Shown here piece after piece: positions 9,800-18,992 of a stretch of 50,416 bases of DNA (position 1 is its first letter; the number at the start of each line of letters is the position of its first letter). The notes under the pieces were generated by a model. The model made no database searches, was not told where the DNA came from, and saw nothing but the letters and a program-made list of their open reading frames with translations. The position numbers and the translations under genes were made by a program. Origin of the DNA: a virus (taxonomy: Duplodnaviria; Caudoviricetes); the IMG/VR virus record IMGVR_UViG_3300033145_001556, positions 1 through 50,416 of that record; one strand, written 5' to 3'.

Positions 9800-10494
9800 C
9801 TGGCGTCAGCGCTCTGCTCGACGGCGACAGCCACGGCCGCGAGGGCAGCCATCGCCAGCGCTCCGGAGGCGAGACCGATCTGCGCCTCCCGTTGGTCGTC
9901 GGGCACGGGGAGGGTGGAGATCCCGCTCACGCCGCTCAGCACGGCGGCGCCGGCGGCCACCGCCCCCCAGGTGCTGCGGCGCCCGTCGAGTTGAGAGCAG
10001 CGCGAGCTCGGCGCGTAGCCGACCTCCCGGAAGTCCTTGTCGTACTTGTCGGCGATGCCGGCGGAGTGCGCCTCGGTCAGGGTGCCGCTGCAGCCGAGCA
10101 GCAGCAGCGAGCCGCCAAAGACGAGCACGACCAGGCCGACCCGGCCGGCTCCCTTCAGTGCATTGAGCTCCCCGCCGTCGCCGCCCATGCCGAGCAGGCG
10201 CTTGCCGGTGTGGGCGCCGCCGATGGCCGCGGGACCGCCGACGGCCACGGCCCAGGCCGCGACCGCCACCGCGTGCACCGGCTCGAGCCCGGTCTGCCAC
10301 GCGGTGAGGAAGGCGGTCAGCCCGGTTAGCACCAGCGCCGGCAGCCACTGCAGGCGGTACGGGATCCGCTCCCAGAGCACCGGCTTCCAGACGCGCCAGA
10401 CGGCGATGAGCAGCGTGATCGCGTAGCCGAAGACGGCGTACCAGGCGTGGTCTCGAACAGCCTGGATCAAGGGGGCAATCGCTTCCTGTTCCAT
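9772..10494 (-). CDS. Multi-TM holin-like membrane protein with internal lipobox
   Basis: About three N-terminal hydrophobic helices, then LVFGGSLLLLGC, then two Ala/Gly-rich hydrophobic segments. Confidence 0.65.
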   Translation of the reverse strand: MEQEAIAPLIQAVRDHAWYAVFGYAITLLIAVWRVWKPVLWERIPYRLQWLPALVLTGLTAFLTAWQTGLEPVHAVAVAAWAVAVGGPAAIGGAHTGKRLLGMGGDGGELNALKGAGRVGLVVLVFGGSLLLLGCSGTLTEAHSAGIADKYDKDFREVGYAPSSRCSQLDGRRSTWGAVAAGAAVLSGVSGISTLPVPDDQREAQIGLASGALAMAALAAVAVAVEQSADASWVRECSVH

Positions 10495-10495
10495 A

Positions 10496-10511
10496 CTGAA
10501 CAGGCTAGCAG
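10496..10511 (-). promoter_or_regulatory. Extended -10-like element CTGCTAGCCTGTTCAG abutting ATG 10494 (leaderless promoter candidate)
   Basis: TGcTAGCCT with 7 nt to the ATG; 15/16 identical to 27049-27064. Confidence 0.55.
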
Positions 10512-10624
10512 TCCTGCGGCGCCCGAGGCACGGAATCCCCCTGGATGGGGCGCAACGCGGATCGGACACGGCGTCCGGGCGGGAGCAGCAGGTCCTGAGT
10601 CTGGCCCAACTTTGGGCACTCACG

Positions 10625-11863
10625 CTACAGCGCGAACGCCCGCGTCAACTCGCACTCGACGTCCTGCATCTCGCCCACGCTCAAGAACTCGGGCGTGAAG
10701 GCGGCCGCATTGAGGACGTGGTTGAGGAAGGCCGTGCCGCCGGGCCACCGCCCCAGTTGCAGGGTAGCGCTGGGCGCGCCGGTCGCCGGCGCTCCGGTCA
10801 TCGCCTTGGCCACGGCCTCTGCGCGATCGATTCGCAGCAGGAACTCGTCGGCCGCCCCCTTCTGGTACCGGCACGCGACGAGGTGCGGGTTGCCCGTGCT
10901 CATCTCACCGCCGGAGGTCGAGTGGGAGACGAGGTAGGAGCCCGTCCCGGTGGCGAGCAGGACGTCGAGATTCTGAGTCCCCGACTGGAAGAACATCACG
11001 CCTGTGTCGGTGGCCACAGCGCTGGTCATGGTGGTCAGGATGACGCCGGAGCCAGCGACCGGGGTGAGCACCAGGAACAGCGTTCCCTCCTGCTGCAGGT
11101 CCGCCCACGGCGCCGCGGCCAGGTTGGACGCGGCGTAGTCGTCGGTGCCATCCAGCGTGATGAGGCGGTGGCTGCCGGAGTAGGACACCTGGGGCCGCGC
11201 GGCGCCCGCGGCGCCGCCGAGCGTGCCGCCCTTGCTGCCCATGTTCCCGAGAGCGTCGTAGCGAAGCGGGGAACCGCTCTCGTCCAGCACGGTGCCGTAG
11301 GCAGAGGGCACCATGCCGCCGACGAGCAGCTGCGGGTTGTGGCCCAGTAGGAGCGGGAACGGCAGCTGCAGCTTCCTCAGCGCCGCCACGAGCTCGTTCT
11401 GCGCTTCGCTCCACGTGTCGGCGGAGTACTCGGTGCGCTCCGCCGCGAGGATCTTCCGGACGCCGAACGCCGACCGGAGGCAGAGGACCCGCGAGAAGGT
11501 GTAGTCCTCGTTGACGCGGCCGTCGGCGTCGATGCCGCCGTTGACCAGGCACCGGACCCCCCAGAGGTGGCCGTCGCCGGCGATGGTGGGGATGCCCGAG
11601 GTGACGTCCACCACCGCGCCGGGCGTGGCCGCATCGACGGACTGTCCCGTGGCCGCGCCGTTGTCGAGAGTGAGGGTAGGGGCGTCCTTGGTCGCGCGCG
11701 GGGAGTCTGGCTCGCTGACGTCGTGCACCTGGTAGGTCACCTGCCGGACGACCGCGTTGGGCGTCCCCTCGAGCTGCAGGGCTGGGGTGGCGCCGGGCTG
11801 CACGTCATAGCCGCGGTTGGCGCTGGGGTCAGCGTCGATGGTGAATCGGGCAAGGTTGGTCAT
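10625..11863 (-). CDS. Tail-fibre/receptor-binding protein with C-terminal LamG/ConA-like domain
   Basis: Follows the baseplate genes; ITLDGTDDY...TLFLVLTP...LQLGRW beta-sandwich pattern. Confidence 0.65.
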   Translation of the reverse strand: MTNLARFTIDADPSANRGYDVQPGATPALQLEGTPNAVVRQVTYQVHDVSEPDSPRATKDAPTLTLDNGAATGQSVDAATPGAVVDVTSGIPTIAGDGHLWGVRCLVNGGIDADGRVNEDYTFSRVLCLRSAFGVRKILAAERTEYSADTWSEAQNELVAALRKLQLPFPLLLGHNPQLLVGGMVPSAYGTVLDESGSPLRYDALGNMGSKGGTLGGAAGAARPQVSYSGSHRLITLDGTDDYAASNLAAAPWADLQQEGTLFLVLTPVAGSGVILTTMTSAVATDTGVMFFQSGTQNLDVLLATGTGSYLVSHSTSGGEMSTGNPHLVACRYQKGAADEFLLRIDRAEAVAKAMTGAPATGAPSATLQLGRWPGGTAFLNHVLNAAAFTPEFLSVGEMQDVECELTRAFAL

Positions 11864-12222
11864 AGTGGCCTCGGTTCATCGAGTCGTTCCCCCTCGACGT
11901 CCAAGTGTAGGCGCCCCCACCACCGGTTGTGGGCGGCCTCGCGTAGCGCGACCAGGTGAGGTCCGCCCTCCACCGGCGTGAAGACCAGGCTGCTCGGCGC
12001 GTGCCGGTAGAAGACGCGCTTCTGGTAGCTCTCAGCGCTCGGCCCCTGCACCTCGAAGATGAGCGGCAGCAGGACGCCTTGGGGCAGCGTGCGCGAGTAG
12101 GAGACGTTGACCAGCACGCTCGAGAAGGCGGCCACGGTGGTGACTGAGGCGTCGAGCTCGAGGTCGATGCGGTCCTCGCGCAGGGTGCGCGGCGAGAGCT
12201 CCTCCATCGAGGGGCCGGCCAT
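11860..12222 (-). CDS. Hypothetical tail-associated protein (Ig-like?)
   Basis: ATG overlaps the upstream stop; beta-rich, e.g. LVFTPVEGGPHLV. Confidence 0.6.
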   Translation of the reverse strand: MAGPSMEELSPRTLREDRIDLELDASVTTVAAFSSVLVNVSYSRTLPQGVLLPLIFEVQGPSAESYQKRVFYRHAPSSLVFTPVEGGPHLVALREAAHNRWWGRLHLDVEGERLDEPRPL

Positions 12223-12602
12223 TACGGCGCCTCCGCGTCGACGTGGACCAGGTAGGCGCCGCCGCTCGGCCGCCGGAACCCGAGGCAGTAGTGTCCAGCC
12301 ACGGTCGGCGTGAAACGCTGCTTGGCCGTCCACCCCGAGGGATTCGAGAAGGCGACGGGGTAGGGGTGCGGCGCCTCCACCGTCCAGGGCGCGAACAGGT
12401 CGCCACCGAGGCCGGCGTCGGCGACCGGCGCGGCGCCGATGTACAGGTCGACGGAGATCTCCGTTCCGACGGTGCCGACGTAGCGCTTCATGGGGTAGCC
12501 CGCCATGGGGTTCACGCGGCTCGGCTCGCTGCCGGCGCCGACCGGATCCTCCCACGCCTGGAGGGTGACCCCGGCCGTGACGCGCGCCTCGAAGTTCGGC
12601 AT
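12222..12602 (-). CDS. Hypothetical tail-associated protein
   Basis: GGAG RBS; FTPTVAGHY resembles the neighbour's motif. Confidence 0.6.
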   Translation of the reverse strand: MPNFEARVTAGVTLQAWEDPVGAGSEPSRVNPMAGYPMKRYVGTVGTEISVDLYIGAAPVADAGLGGDLFAPWTVEAPHPYPVAFSNPSGWTAKQRFTPTVAGHYCLGFRRPSGGAYLVHVDAEAP

Positions 12603-12613
12603 GACCGGGCTCC

Positions 12614-13801
12614 CTACGTCGACGCCGGCTGTAGCGTCTCGCGCCCCGCCCGCAGGCTGTAGAAGAGCTTGGCGTCGTAGGTGGTGGCGACCAGACGGCC
12701 GCTCGCCGGGATGACCGGGCCGAGGGTGTAGGACGCCGCGTCACCGACGTCAGCGCGCCACCAGGTCGCTCCCTCGTCGATCGAGTAGATGAGGGTCGAG
12801 GTGCCGCCGCTCATCGCCACCCACAGGCGGCCAACCACAGCGAGACACCACGGTGACTCGTTGCCGGCAAACGTGGCTCCGGTGTCGCTCCACGAGGTGC
12901 CGTCGTCGCTGGACGTGTAGCACCCCGTCTGGCTGATGAACATCCACAGGTCGAGCTTGGCCGAGTACGCGAGGGCCCGAAGGGAGACCGGCACGTCGGG
13001 CAAGGCGCTGAGGGAGCTCCAGGTCTGCCCGCCATCGGTGGACCGGATGATCTTCGAGTTGGTGAAGACGGCGAGGATGGTGCCAGCATCGTTGCTGGCC
13101 ATGCCTAGACAGGTCTCTCCAGTCACCCCGCCCGGCACCGTGGGCGCGGACCAGCTCGAGCCGGTCGAGCTGAGATAGAGGTGAGGTCCAGCTGCGCCCG
13201 CCACGGTGATGGCGACCACGTCCTTGTAGGGAGAGCCGGTGTAGACCACGTGGCTGGCGTTTTCGGCGAAGGTCGTGGTCGACGACAGAAAGCTGATACT
13301 CGCAGCTGCCGCCGGGTAGGCCCGGGCGGCTTTGGTCCCGCCGACTGCGATCAGCGTACCGTCCGTGCTCATGCCGGGACACCAGCAGAAGTCGGCCACG
13401 GTACTCAGCCCGGAGGCGGCGGTGTTCCAGTCGCCCTCGACCGTGGGCGTCCAGCCGATCAGGCCAGCGCTGTCACCGATGAAGTAGGCTTCCTTGTAGA
13501 TGCCGGTGTTCGGCTTGACCATGGTGGGCGAGTAGCCAAGCGCGGTGGTCGTCGCGAACGTGCCCGACTGGTCATCAGACCATGGCCAGTTCTGGGCCTG
13601 CAGGGCGCCGGGCGTGAAGTCGCCCAGCATGGCGAGGCCGGCGGCGCCCGTCATCACCACGTCGGCGGCCGGCGCGTGGCTGCTGCCGTCCGTGAGGTTC
13701 GGCGCCTTCACGAGCTGCTCGTCGATGTGGTTGATCTGTGCGGGCGTGATGGGGTCGACCCCCACCCAGCCGGTGGGATTGGCTCGCGTGAAGTTGCTCA
13801 T
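12614..13801 (-). CDS. Tail fibre/receptor-binding protein with BNR/Asp-box beta-propeller
   Basis: Asp-box repeats SSTGSSW, STDGGQTW, SSDDGTSW, SIDEGATW; directly follows the wedge gene. Confidence 0.75.
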   Translation of the reverse strand: MSNFTRANPTGWVGVDPITPAQINHIDEQLVKAPNLTDGSSHAPAADVVMTGAAGLAMLGDFTPGALQAQNWPWSDDQSGTFATTTALGYSPTMVKPNTGIYKEAYFIGDSAGLIGWTPTVEGDWNTAASGLSTVADFCWCPGMSTDGTLIAVGGTKAARAYPAAAASISFLSSTTTFAENASHVVYTGSPYKDVVAITVAGAAGPHLYLSSTGSSWSAPTVPGGVTGETCLGMASNDAGTILAVFTNSKIIRSTDGGQTWSSLSALPDVPVSLRALAYSAKLDLWMFISQTGCYTSSDDGTSWSDTGATFAGNESPWCLAVVGRLWVAMSGGTSTLIYSIDEGATWWRADVGDAASYTLGPVIPASGRLVATTYDAKLFYSLRAGRETLQPAST

Positions 13802-14511
13802 TCGGTCAGTCCGGTCAGGGTGAGTGGTGAGACGCTGCAGAGGAAGCCGATCGAGGTAACGATCGTGAAGTTCACCCAGCTCGGGAGCAGCTTGCGCAGC
13901 AGCGCCTTCGCCTCCTCGAACTTCCGGGCGTCGCTCGGTAGGAGGGCTCCCAGGTAGCCGACGTCGAAGAGGACCCGCTGGGTGAAGTCGGTCGAGTAGT
14001 TGGGAGCGATGCTGTAGCCGATGCCCCCGAACGGCGGGCTCTCGCCGCCAGGGTCGTGCGGCCCGAAGGCGCGACCGTGCAGCGTGGTGGCCTGGTAGTC
14101 GTGCGATACGGTGACGACCGAGAAGCGGGAGTCAATGGCCTGCAGGCGCGCCTCGAGTTCCGGCACCACGGCGCTCGCCTGGGTCACCCAGGCGGCCCAC
14201 ACCGCCGCGCGGCGCTGGACGTCGGTGGCATCTGGGGCGGGTGCCAGCCCCAGGGCGCGCTCGTAGGACGGGAGGAAGTCGGTCGCCAGGTGCGGGAAGG
14301 CGTTGTAGATGGCGCGCCGGTAGGCACTGGTGGCCGCGGCGAGCCCCTTGGCGCGGCTACTGCGCCAGAGCCCGTCGATCCCGTCATCGCGGCGGGCCGT
14401 GCCGCCCTTGCCCATGGCGCGGCTGATGATCCCGAACGCCTTCTCGGTCTCACTCGGACCCCCGCCGACGCGCGTCGGGATAGGGTTGCGGGGACCGATC
14501 TCCGCCATCAA
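13798..14511 (-). CDS. Baseplate wedge protein (Mu gp48/YmfQ-like)
   Basis: ATDFLPSYERALGL...QRRAAV and LLRKLLPSWVNF motifs; synteny. Confidence 0.75.
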   Translation of the reverse strand: MMAEIGPRNPIPTRVGGGPSETEKAFGIISRAMGKGGTARRDDGIDGLWRSSRAKGLAAATSAYRRAIYNAFPHLATDFLPSYERALGLAPAPDATDVQRRAAVWAAWVTQASAVVPELEARLQAIDSRFSVVTVSHDYQATTLHGRAFGPHDPGGESPPFGGIGYSIAPNYSTDFTQRVLFDVGYLGALLPSDARKFEEAKALLRKLLPSWVNFTIVTSIGFLCSVSPLTLTGLTE

Positions 14512-15011
14512 CCCACCTCGAGCCAGAAGGGCGCGTCCTCACCGGCCCCCGCAGCGTCATAGAGTCGGATCTGGATCTTCAGCGGGTCGCCGGAGTCGAT
14601 CCAGGCGTAGGCGTCGATGCGGTCAGCGAAGGCCGTCAGGACCTTCTGCGCAGTGACGCGGACGCCCTTGAGCTCCGTTGCGACGTCGGTGCCGTCCTCG
14701 TCCTTGTAGGTCGAGGCGAAGGTGTAGGTGTAGGACCCAGCCGCCGTACGCTCGAGGAGGGGGCGGGCCTGGTCGCGCTCGCTGTTCCACGCCTCCTCCT
14801 GGTGGCCGATCACGAACTGCGCCGAGCCGCTGTCCCACTCGGCGATGACGGAAGCGCGTCCGACGGTGGCGAGGTTCAGGCCGGCGATCTGGTGGAAGGC
14901 CGGGTTGTAGTGCTCGGCGCCGACTTCACTCTCAGGGTGCTCGACCGGGCGCGGGTTGACGCGCCTGGGTCCGAAGCTGCTGCGGATGACGCGGGTCGGG
15001 TAGCCTGGCAT
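14508..15011 (-). CDS. Hypothetical baseplate-region protein
   Basis: GAGG RBS; packed between baseplate genes. Confidence 0.65.
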   Translation of the reverse strand: MPGYPTRVIRSSFGPRRVNPRPVEHPESEVGAEHYNPAFHQIAGLNLATVGRASVIAEWDSGSAQFVIGHQEEAWNSERDQARPLLERTAAGSYTYTFASTYKDEDGTDVATELKGVRVTAQKVLTAFADRIDAYAWIDSGDPLKIQIRLYDAAGAGEDAPFWLEVG

Positions 15012-15021
15012 CGGTGTCCTC

Positions 15022-16611
15022 TCAGAGCGCGTAGACGCCAGCGGTCCCGAGCACGAGCATCTTGGGACCGTCGGTCAGCAGGGTTGGGTAGGTGGGTTGG
15101 GTCTTCGAGATCGTGGGGGCTTCGGCGTCCGCGCTCGAGCCGCCCAGGGCTTCGATGACGCGGACCGCCACCTCTGCGCCCGCGCGGTAGGGCCTGGTCT
15201 CCGAGGGGTTGGGAAAGCGGACGCAGCGGTCGCCGCGGGGGTCGGTGTCAATGTCGAACAGGTTGCCGGGGCCTCGCTCGTCGAAGTAGGCGGCCAGCGC
15301 CTGGCCGACGATGGCGCGGCGCGCGGTGTCGGGGCAGACGATCTGGCCCACGCTCACCCCGCCGGACGGAGCAGCCGACAGGATCACGCGGAACTGGTTG
15401 GTCCCCAGGTCTTCGACCGAGGTGATGATGAGGCTCACGAACTCGCTGGAGTTCTGTTTCCACAGCATCATCTGCGGGGCGTCGTCGCCAGTGAGGGTGG
15501 CCAGCGCTGCCTGCCCGGGGAGCGTGGCGTCGCCTGGGCAGGTGATCGTGAAGTCGATGTTGCTGGCTTTCGCCGTCACGGTTGGCGCGGTCGCGTGGTA
15601 GGCCGGGAACGCGGTCACGTCGGTCCAGCCCGCGGCGCTACCGCGGGGCAGGGCGAGCGTCAGCACGACGTTGCAGTCCTCGCCCGTCACGCCCGTGACC
15701 AACACGTGCGGCGGTCGCGGGTACACCGTCGAGGCCGGTGGGGTCATGTGAGCGATGGCTGCCGCTAGCGTGGGGGGCGAAGGGACGCGTGCTTTCGGGT
15801 CGGTCGCGCCTCCCCGCTTCTGGGTGATGGCGATCAGCGTGGTGCCGGCGTGGAATGCGCACGGAAACACGTAGGCGTCCTCGATGGCGTTGCTAGCCTG
15901 TCGAGTCCAGGCGCGGGTCTGCGCATCGTTGCCCGCGCCCTCCCGGTGGCGCTGGGTGCCCTGGACGCGGGACGCGAACTCGGCGTCCGTCTCCTGGTCG
16001 GTACCGCCCCGGAAGTCGCCGACCACCGTGGCCTGCGCCTTCATGTTCGGGTCCTTCTTGATCCAGGTGAGCTTGTCGCCAGTCTCGAGGTTGGTGTCCG
16101 AGCCGGTGTCGACCGCGGCTATCTCGACCTCGACCGAGGTGTCCCCCGCAAGCACCTTGGCGGTGATCCATACCTGGTAGACGTTGCCCGCTGCGTCGCG
16201 CGCCTGGTAGGCGGTCGGATCGCCCAGCGTGGTCGAGCCCACGATGTACGTGCCCTCGATGGCTTCGACGCTGGCCGGCCCGCTGCCACCCGTGGGCGGG
16301 AGCTTCGTCAGTCCCCAGAGCCGCCCGTGGAAGTCCTCGAGCCAGGAGGTCGAGGCGCGCTCGGCCCGGATCTGGTCCGCCATGAACAGCGCCCGGCGCT
16401 GCTCGCCCTGGGCGTAGTCGTCATCGCCCTGGGCCTGCAGGTACCAGCGCGATCCCGGCTGAGTCGCGCGCTGGATCTCGTCCTCGGTGAACAGCGCACC
16501 AGTCTCGGGGTTGACGAGGTTGCGGAGCCCCGAGCGGAAGTTCTGGAGGATGATGTCCCGCACCGCCCCGCGTCGCAGCACCTGGAACTCGCGATCGGCT
16601 GGAGTCGTCAC
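15022..16611 (-). CDS. Baseplate J-like protein (Mu gp47)
   Basis: WLEDFHGRLWGL and GGTDQETDAEFASR motifs; synteny. Confidence 0.85.
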   Translation of the reverse strand: MTTPADREFQVLRRGAVRDIILQNFRSGLRNLVNPETGALFTEDEIQRATQPGSRWYLQAQGDDDYAQGEQRRALFMADQIRAERASTSWLEDFHGRLWGLTKLPPTGGSGPASVEAIEGTYIVGSTTLGDPTAYQARDAAGNVYQVWITAKVLAGDTSVEVEIAAVDTGSDTNLETGDKLTWIKKDPNMKAQATVVGDFRGGTDQETDAEFASRVQGTQRHREGAGNDAQTRAWTRQASNAIEDAYVFPCAFHAGTTLIAITQKRGGATDPKARVPSPPTLAAAIAHMTPPASTVYPRPPHVLVTGVTGEDCNVVLTLALPRGSAAGWTDVTAFPAYHATAPTVTAKASNIDFTITCPGDATLPGQAALATLTGDDAPQMMLWKQNSSEFVSLIITSVEDLGTNQFRVILSAAPSGGVSVGQIVCPDTARRAIVGQALAAYFDERGPGNLFDIDTDPRGDRCVRFPNPSETRPYRAGAEVAVRVIEALGGSSADAEAPTISKTQPTYPTLLTDGPKMLVLGTAGVYAL

Positions 16612-17069
16612 GCGGCCTCCTGGAGGAACTGCCCGAGCGGCAGCACGGCCAGGCGCTTCTGCTGGCGAGCCAAGTTGACGTAGCGGACGTAGAGGTTGAC
16701 GGTGTCGTCCTCCGTCACCACCGTGACGCTCTCGAGTCGGATCTGCTTGGACGCGGTGAGGTGCCTGAGGGCTTGCGCCACCTCCTGCTGGAAGAAGCTC
16801 GAGAGCTGCGGGGTGATGTGCGTGGCGTCCCGGAAGCGCTGGCCAACGTTCTGGACAGCACTGCCAGACCCGCGCTCGATGCTCAGCGCGGTCAGGACCG
16901 CCCCGTCCGTCGGGTCGAAGCTGCGGGAGATCGAGAGGTACTCCCCCGTCTTGGGGTCGACCGGGTCGGCCAGCATCGCGGGGGGGCTACCCGGGCCGGT
17001 GTGCTCCTCCAGCAGGAAGGCGCCAACGGGCGACGTCCCTGCAGGCGGGACCACCGTGGGGCTGCTCAT
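16608..17069 (-). CDS. Sheath-initiator/baseplate protein (Mu gp46/gp25-like)
   Basis: ALSIERGSG...EVAQALRHL...VRYVNL; immediately upstream of baseplate J. Confidence 0.7.
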   Translation of the reverse strand: MSSPTVVPPAGTSPVGAFLLEEHTGPGSPPAMLADPVDPKTGEYLSISRSFDPTDGAVLTALSIERGSGSAVQNVGQRFRDATHITPQLSSFFQQEVAQALRHLTASKQIRLESVTVVTEDDTVNLYVRYVNLARQQKRLAVLPLGQFLQEAA

Positions 17070-17139
17070 GCGTTCAGCGTAGCGCAGTCCCGGGCGTTTG
17101 TGACCTTCCGGGACCCGCGGGAGGGGCTACCCTGGGGGC

Positions 17140-18135
17140 ATGCGGTGGGGATGCTTGCTGGTGGCTGGGGTGGCGATGGGGTGCTCGGGAGACGGACCGA
17201 CTGCGACTTCGTCCTCGACGGACGGCGCGAGCGGCAGCGTGAACGACGCGGGCCTCGACGTGAACGCCAGCGGCGGATCCGTGAGCGGAGCGGCGGGTCT
17301 CATGAACGTCGGCGGCGCGAGCGGCGTCGCAGGCGGCGCGGGAGGGCCTGATTCTGGTCCACTCGGGGGCAGCAGCGGGATCGCGGTCGGCGGCATCGGT
17401 GGGCTAGCTGGGTCCGCAACGGGGGGAGAGTCGCCCACGGGGGGTGTCGCTGGCACCTCGGGGAGCTCGGGGGCGAGCGGAGGGCTCGGAGGTACCGGGG
17501 GCGGGTCAGGGAGCAGCGGGGTAGGTGCGACGAGCGGCGTCGCAGGGGCTAGCGGCAGTGGCGGAACCAGCGGGGCCTCGGGCAGCAGTGGCGCTAGCGG
17601 GTCCGGCGGCGACGGTGGAGCCGCTGGAGCCGTTGGTTGTCTGCCTCTCAGCGCGTCCGGATTCGATTGCGCCTCCAACTGTGAGCTGCCCGTGACCTAC
17701 GTCTGGGGGGAGTTCGAGTGCAGCCGGGTATGTGCGGGCGTGCCTCCGAGCTTCGACGAGACCATCCAGAGCGCGGCCCGAGCCGACATCTCCTACGTCT
17801 TTCCGGAGGTGATGCCGTCTCTCGACTGCGCGACCTGCGGGTCGGTAGTCTGGTCGTTCAGCGTGCGGGTCACCACAGTAGGGAGCGACGGCGCGGACGT
17901 GTGCGCCCGCGCCACCACGTCCCCAGGGCGTCTGGTGTCCTCAAGCTACGCGAGCAGCGAAGCACTGTGCGGGGATGTGGCGGAAGCGGCGGACTGCGTG
18001 GTGGGCGACGCGAACGCCTACAATCCGGAGAACCAGCTGCGGTTCACCGCAATGGCAGAGGGTGACGGGCCCGAGGGATGGCTCAGGATTGAAACCGCGA
18101 TCTTCACCGGCTCGTGCCCGCTGACATGTCCATGA
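17140..18135 (+). CDS. Gly/Ser-rich-linker lipoprotein with Cys-rich C-terminal domain (moron)
   Basis: Signal peptide ending VAMGC; long G/S/A low-complexity linker; many Cys; opposite strand to the tail operon; TACCCT-N6-ATG. Confidence 0.8.
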   Translation: MRWGCLLVAGVAMGCSGDGPTATSSSTDGASGSVNDAGLDVNASGGSVSGAAGLMNVGGASGVAGGAGGPDSGPLGGSSGIAVGGIGGLAGSATGGESPTGGVAGTSGSSGASGGLGGTGGGSGSSGVGATSGVAGASGSGGTSGASGSSGASGSGGDGGAAGAVGCLPLSASGFDCASNCELPVTYVWGEFECSRVCAGVPPSFDETIQSAARADISYVFPEVMPSLDCATCGSVVWSFSVRVTTVGSDGADVCARATTSPGRLVSSSYASSEALCGDVAEAADCVVGDANAYNPENQLRFTAMAEGDGPEGWLRIETAIFTGSCPLTCP

Positions 18136-18344
18136 CCCCGCCCTCCAACGAAGAGTCACAGAAGTCGGTTCTCACGCGGTCGTTGCCGCTGCGCTACTTC
18201 CTCGCCATCGTCCTCACCGCCGCATGCCTCGCCGTCGCTGCCGGCTATGCCGTATGGCAGGACATGAACTCACAACGGGAGAGTGCGGACGAAATGAAGC
18301 GAGCGACGGACGAGGCCGAGCAGTTGCTCGAAGGTTCGCAGTAG
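18132..18344 (+). CDS. Small single-TM protein (moron partner)
   Basis: ATGA overlap with the lipoprotein; YFLAIVLTAACLAVAAGYAVW TM segment. Confidence 0.6.
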   Translation: MTPPSNEESQKSVLTRSLPLRYFLAIVLTAACLAVAAGYAVWQDMNSQRESADEMKRATDEAEQLLEGSQ

Positions 18345-18347
18345 CGC

Positions 18348-18674
18348 CTAGCCCACCGTCCCCTTGGTGCTCAGCGTCTTCAGCACGTTGGGCCCCTTGG
18401 TGGGCGTGTTCTCAGCCGTGCTGGCCGGCATGCGCTGCAGCTCCGTGTCGCTCGTGCTGACCTTCACGGTGACCTCGGCGTTTGTCTTGACGTGGTCGAC
18501 GATCTTCGCGAGCGAGTTGCACAGGTCGGCGATCTGCTGCTTGCTGGCCGCGCCCGTCGTCCCGACGGGGATGCCGAGCTTCGGCACGTAGTCGTCATAG
18601 AGCTCGCGCGCGCAGCCACTGCCGCTGGGGTCGCCGTTCTCGTCGATCGTTACTGAGCCAGTCGTCATGGCCAT
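18348..18674 (-). CDS. Hypothetical protein, spike/baseplate region
   Basis: GAGG RBS; IVDHVKTNAEVTV; follows the spike genes. Confidence 0.65.
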   Translation of the reverse strand: MAMTTGSVTIDENGDPSGSGCARELYDDYVPKLGIPVGTTGAASKQQIADLCNSLAKIVDHVKTNAEVTVKVSTSDTELQRMPASTAENTPTKGPNVLKTLSTKGTVG

Positions 18675-18683
18675 GGGAGCACC

Positions 18684-18992
18684 TCAGTCCAGGGGGCAGA
18701 ACAGCAGGAGCAGCAGCTCCGGTAGGGTGAGATCGGGCAACGCTGGGATCGGGATGCCGGGAAATGCCAGACTCAAGTCCGGGATGACGTAGCCCGGCAG
18801 CAAGATCCGCAAGACCGGCAGGATGAGCGAGGGCAGCGTGGGAAACGGGATCGCCGGGAAGCTGAGCCCGAGGTTCGGGATGACGTACCCCGGCAGGAGG
18901 ATGAGCAGCACCGGCAAGAGCAGCTCCGGCAGCGTCGGGATCGGGATGCTGGGCAGGCTCAGATCCAGGCTGGGGTAGGCGCAATTGCTCAT
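18684..18992 (-). CDS. Pro/Leu/Ile-rich repeat protein (102 aa)
   Basis: ATGA overlap with the spike gene; ILLPGYVIP occurs twice; Cys near each end. Confidence 0.6.
   Translation of the reverse strand: MSNCAYPSLDLSLPSIPIPTLPELLLPVLLILLPGYVIPNLGLSFPAIPFPTLPSLILPVLRILLPGYVIPDLSLAFPGIPIPALPDLTLPELLLLLFCPLD

Noticed and set aside
17240-17640. GGC/AGC-rich low-complexity tract as a DNA repeat element
   Set aside because: Explained by the Gly/Ser linker of the lipoprotein
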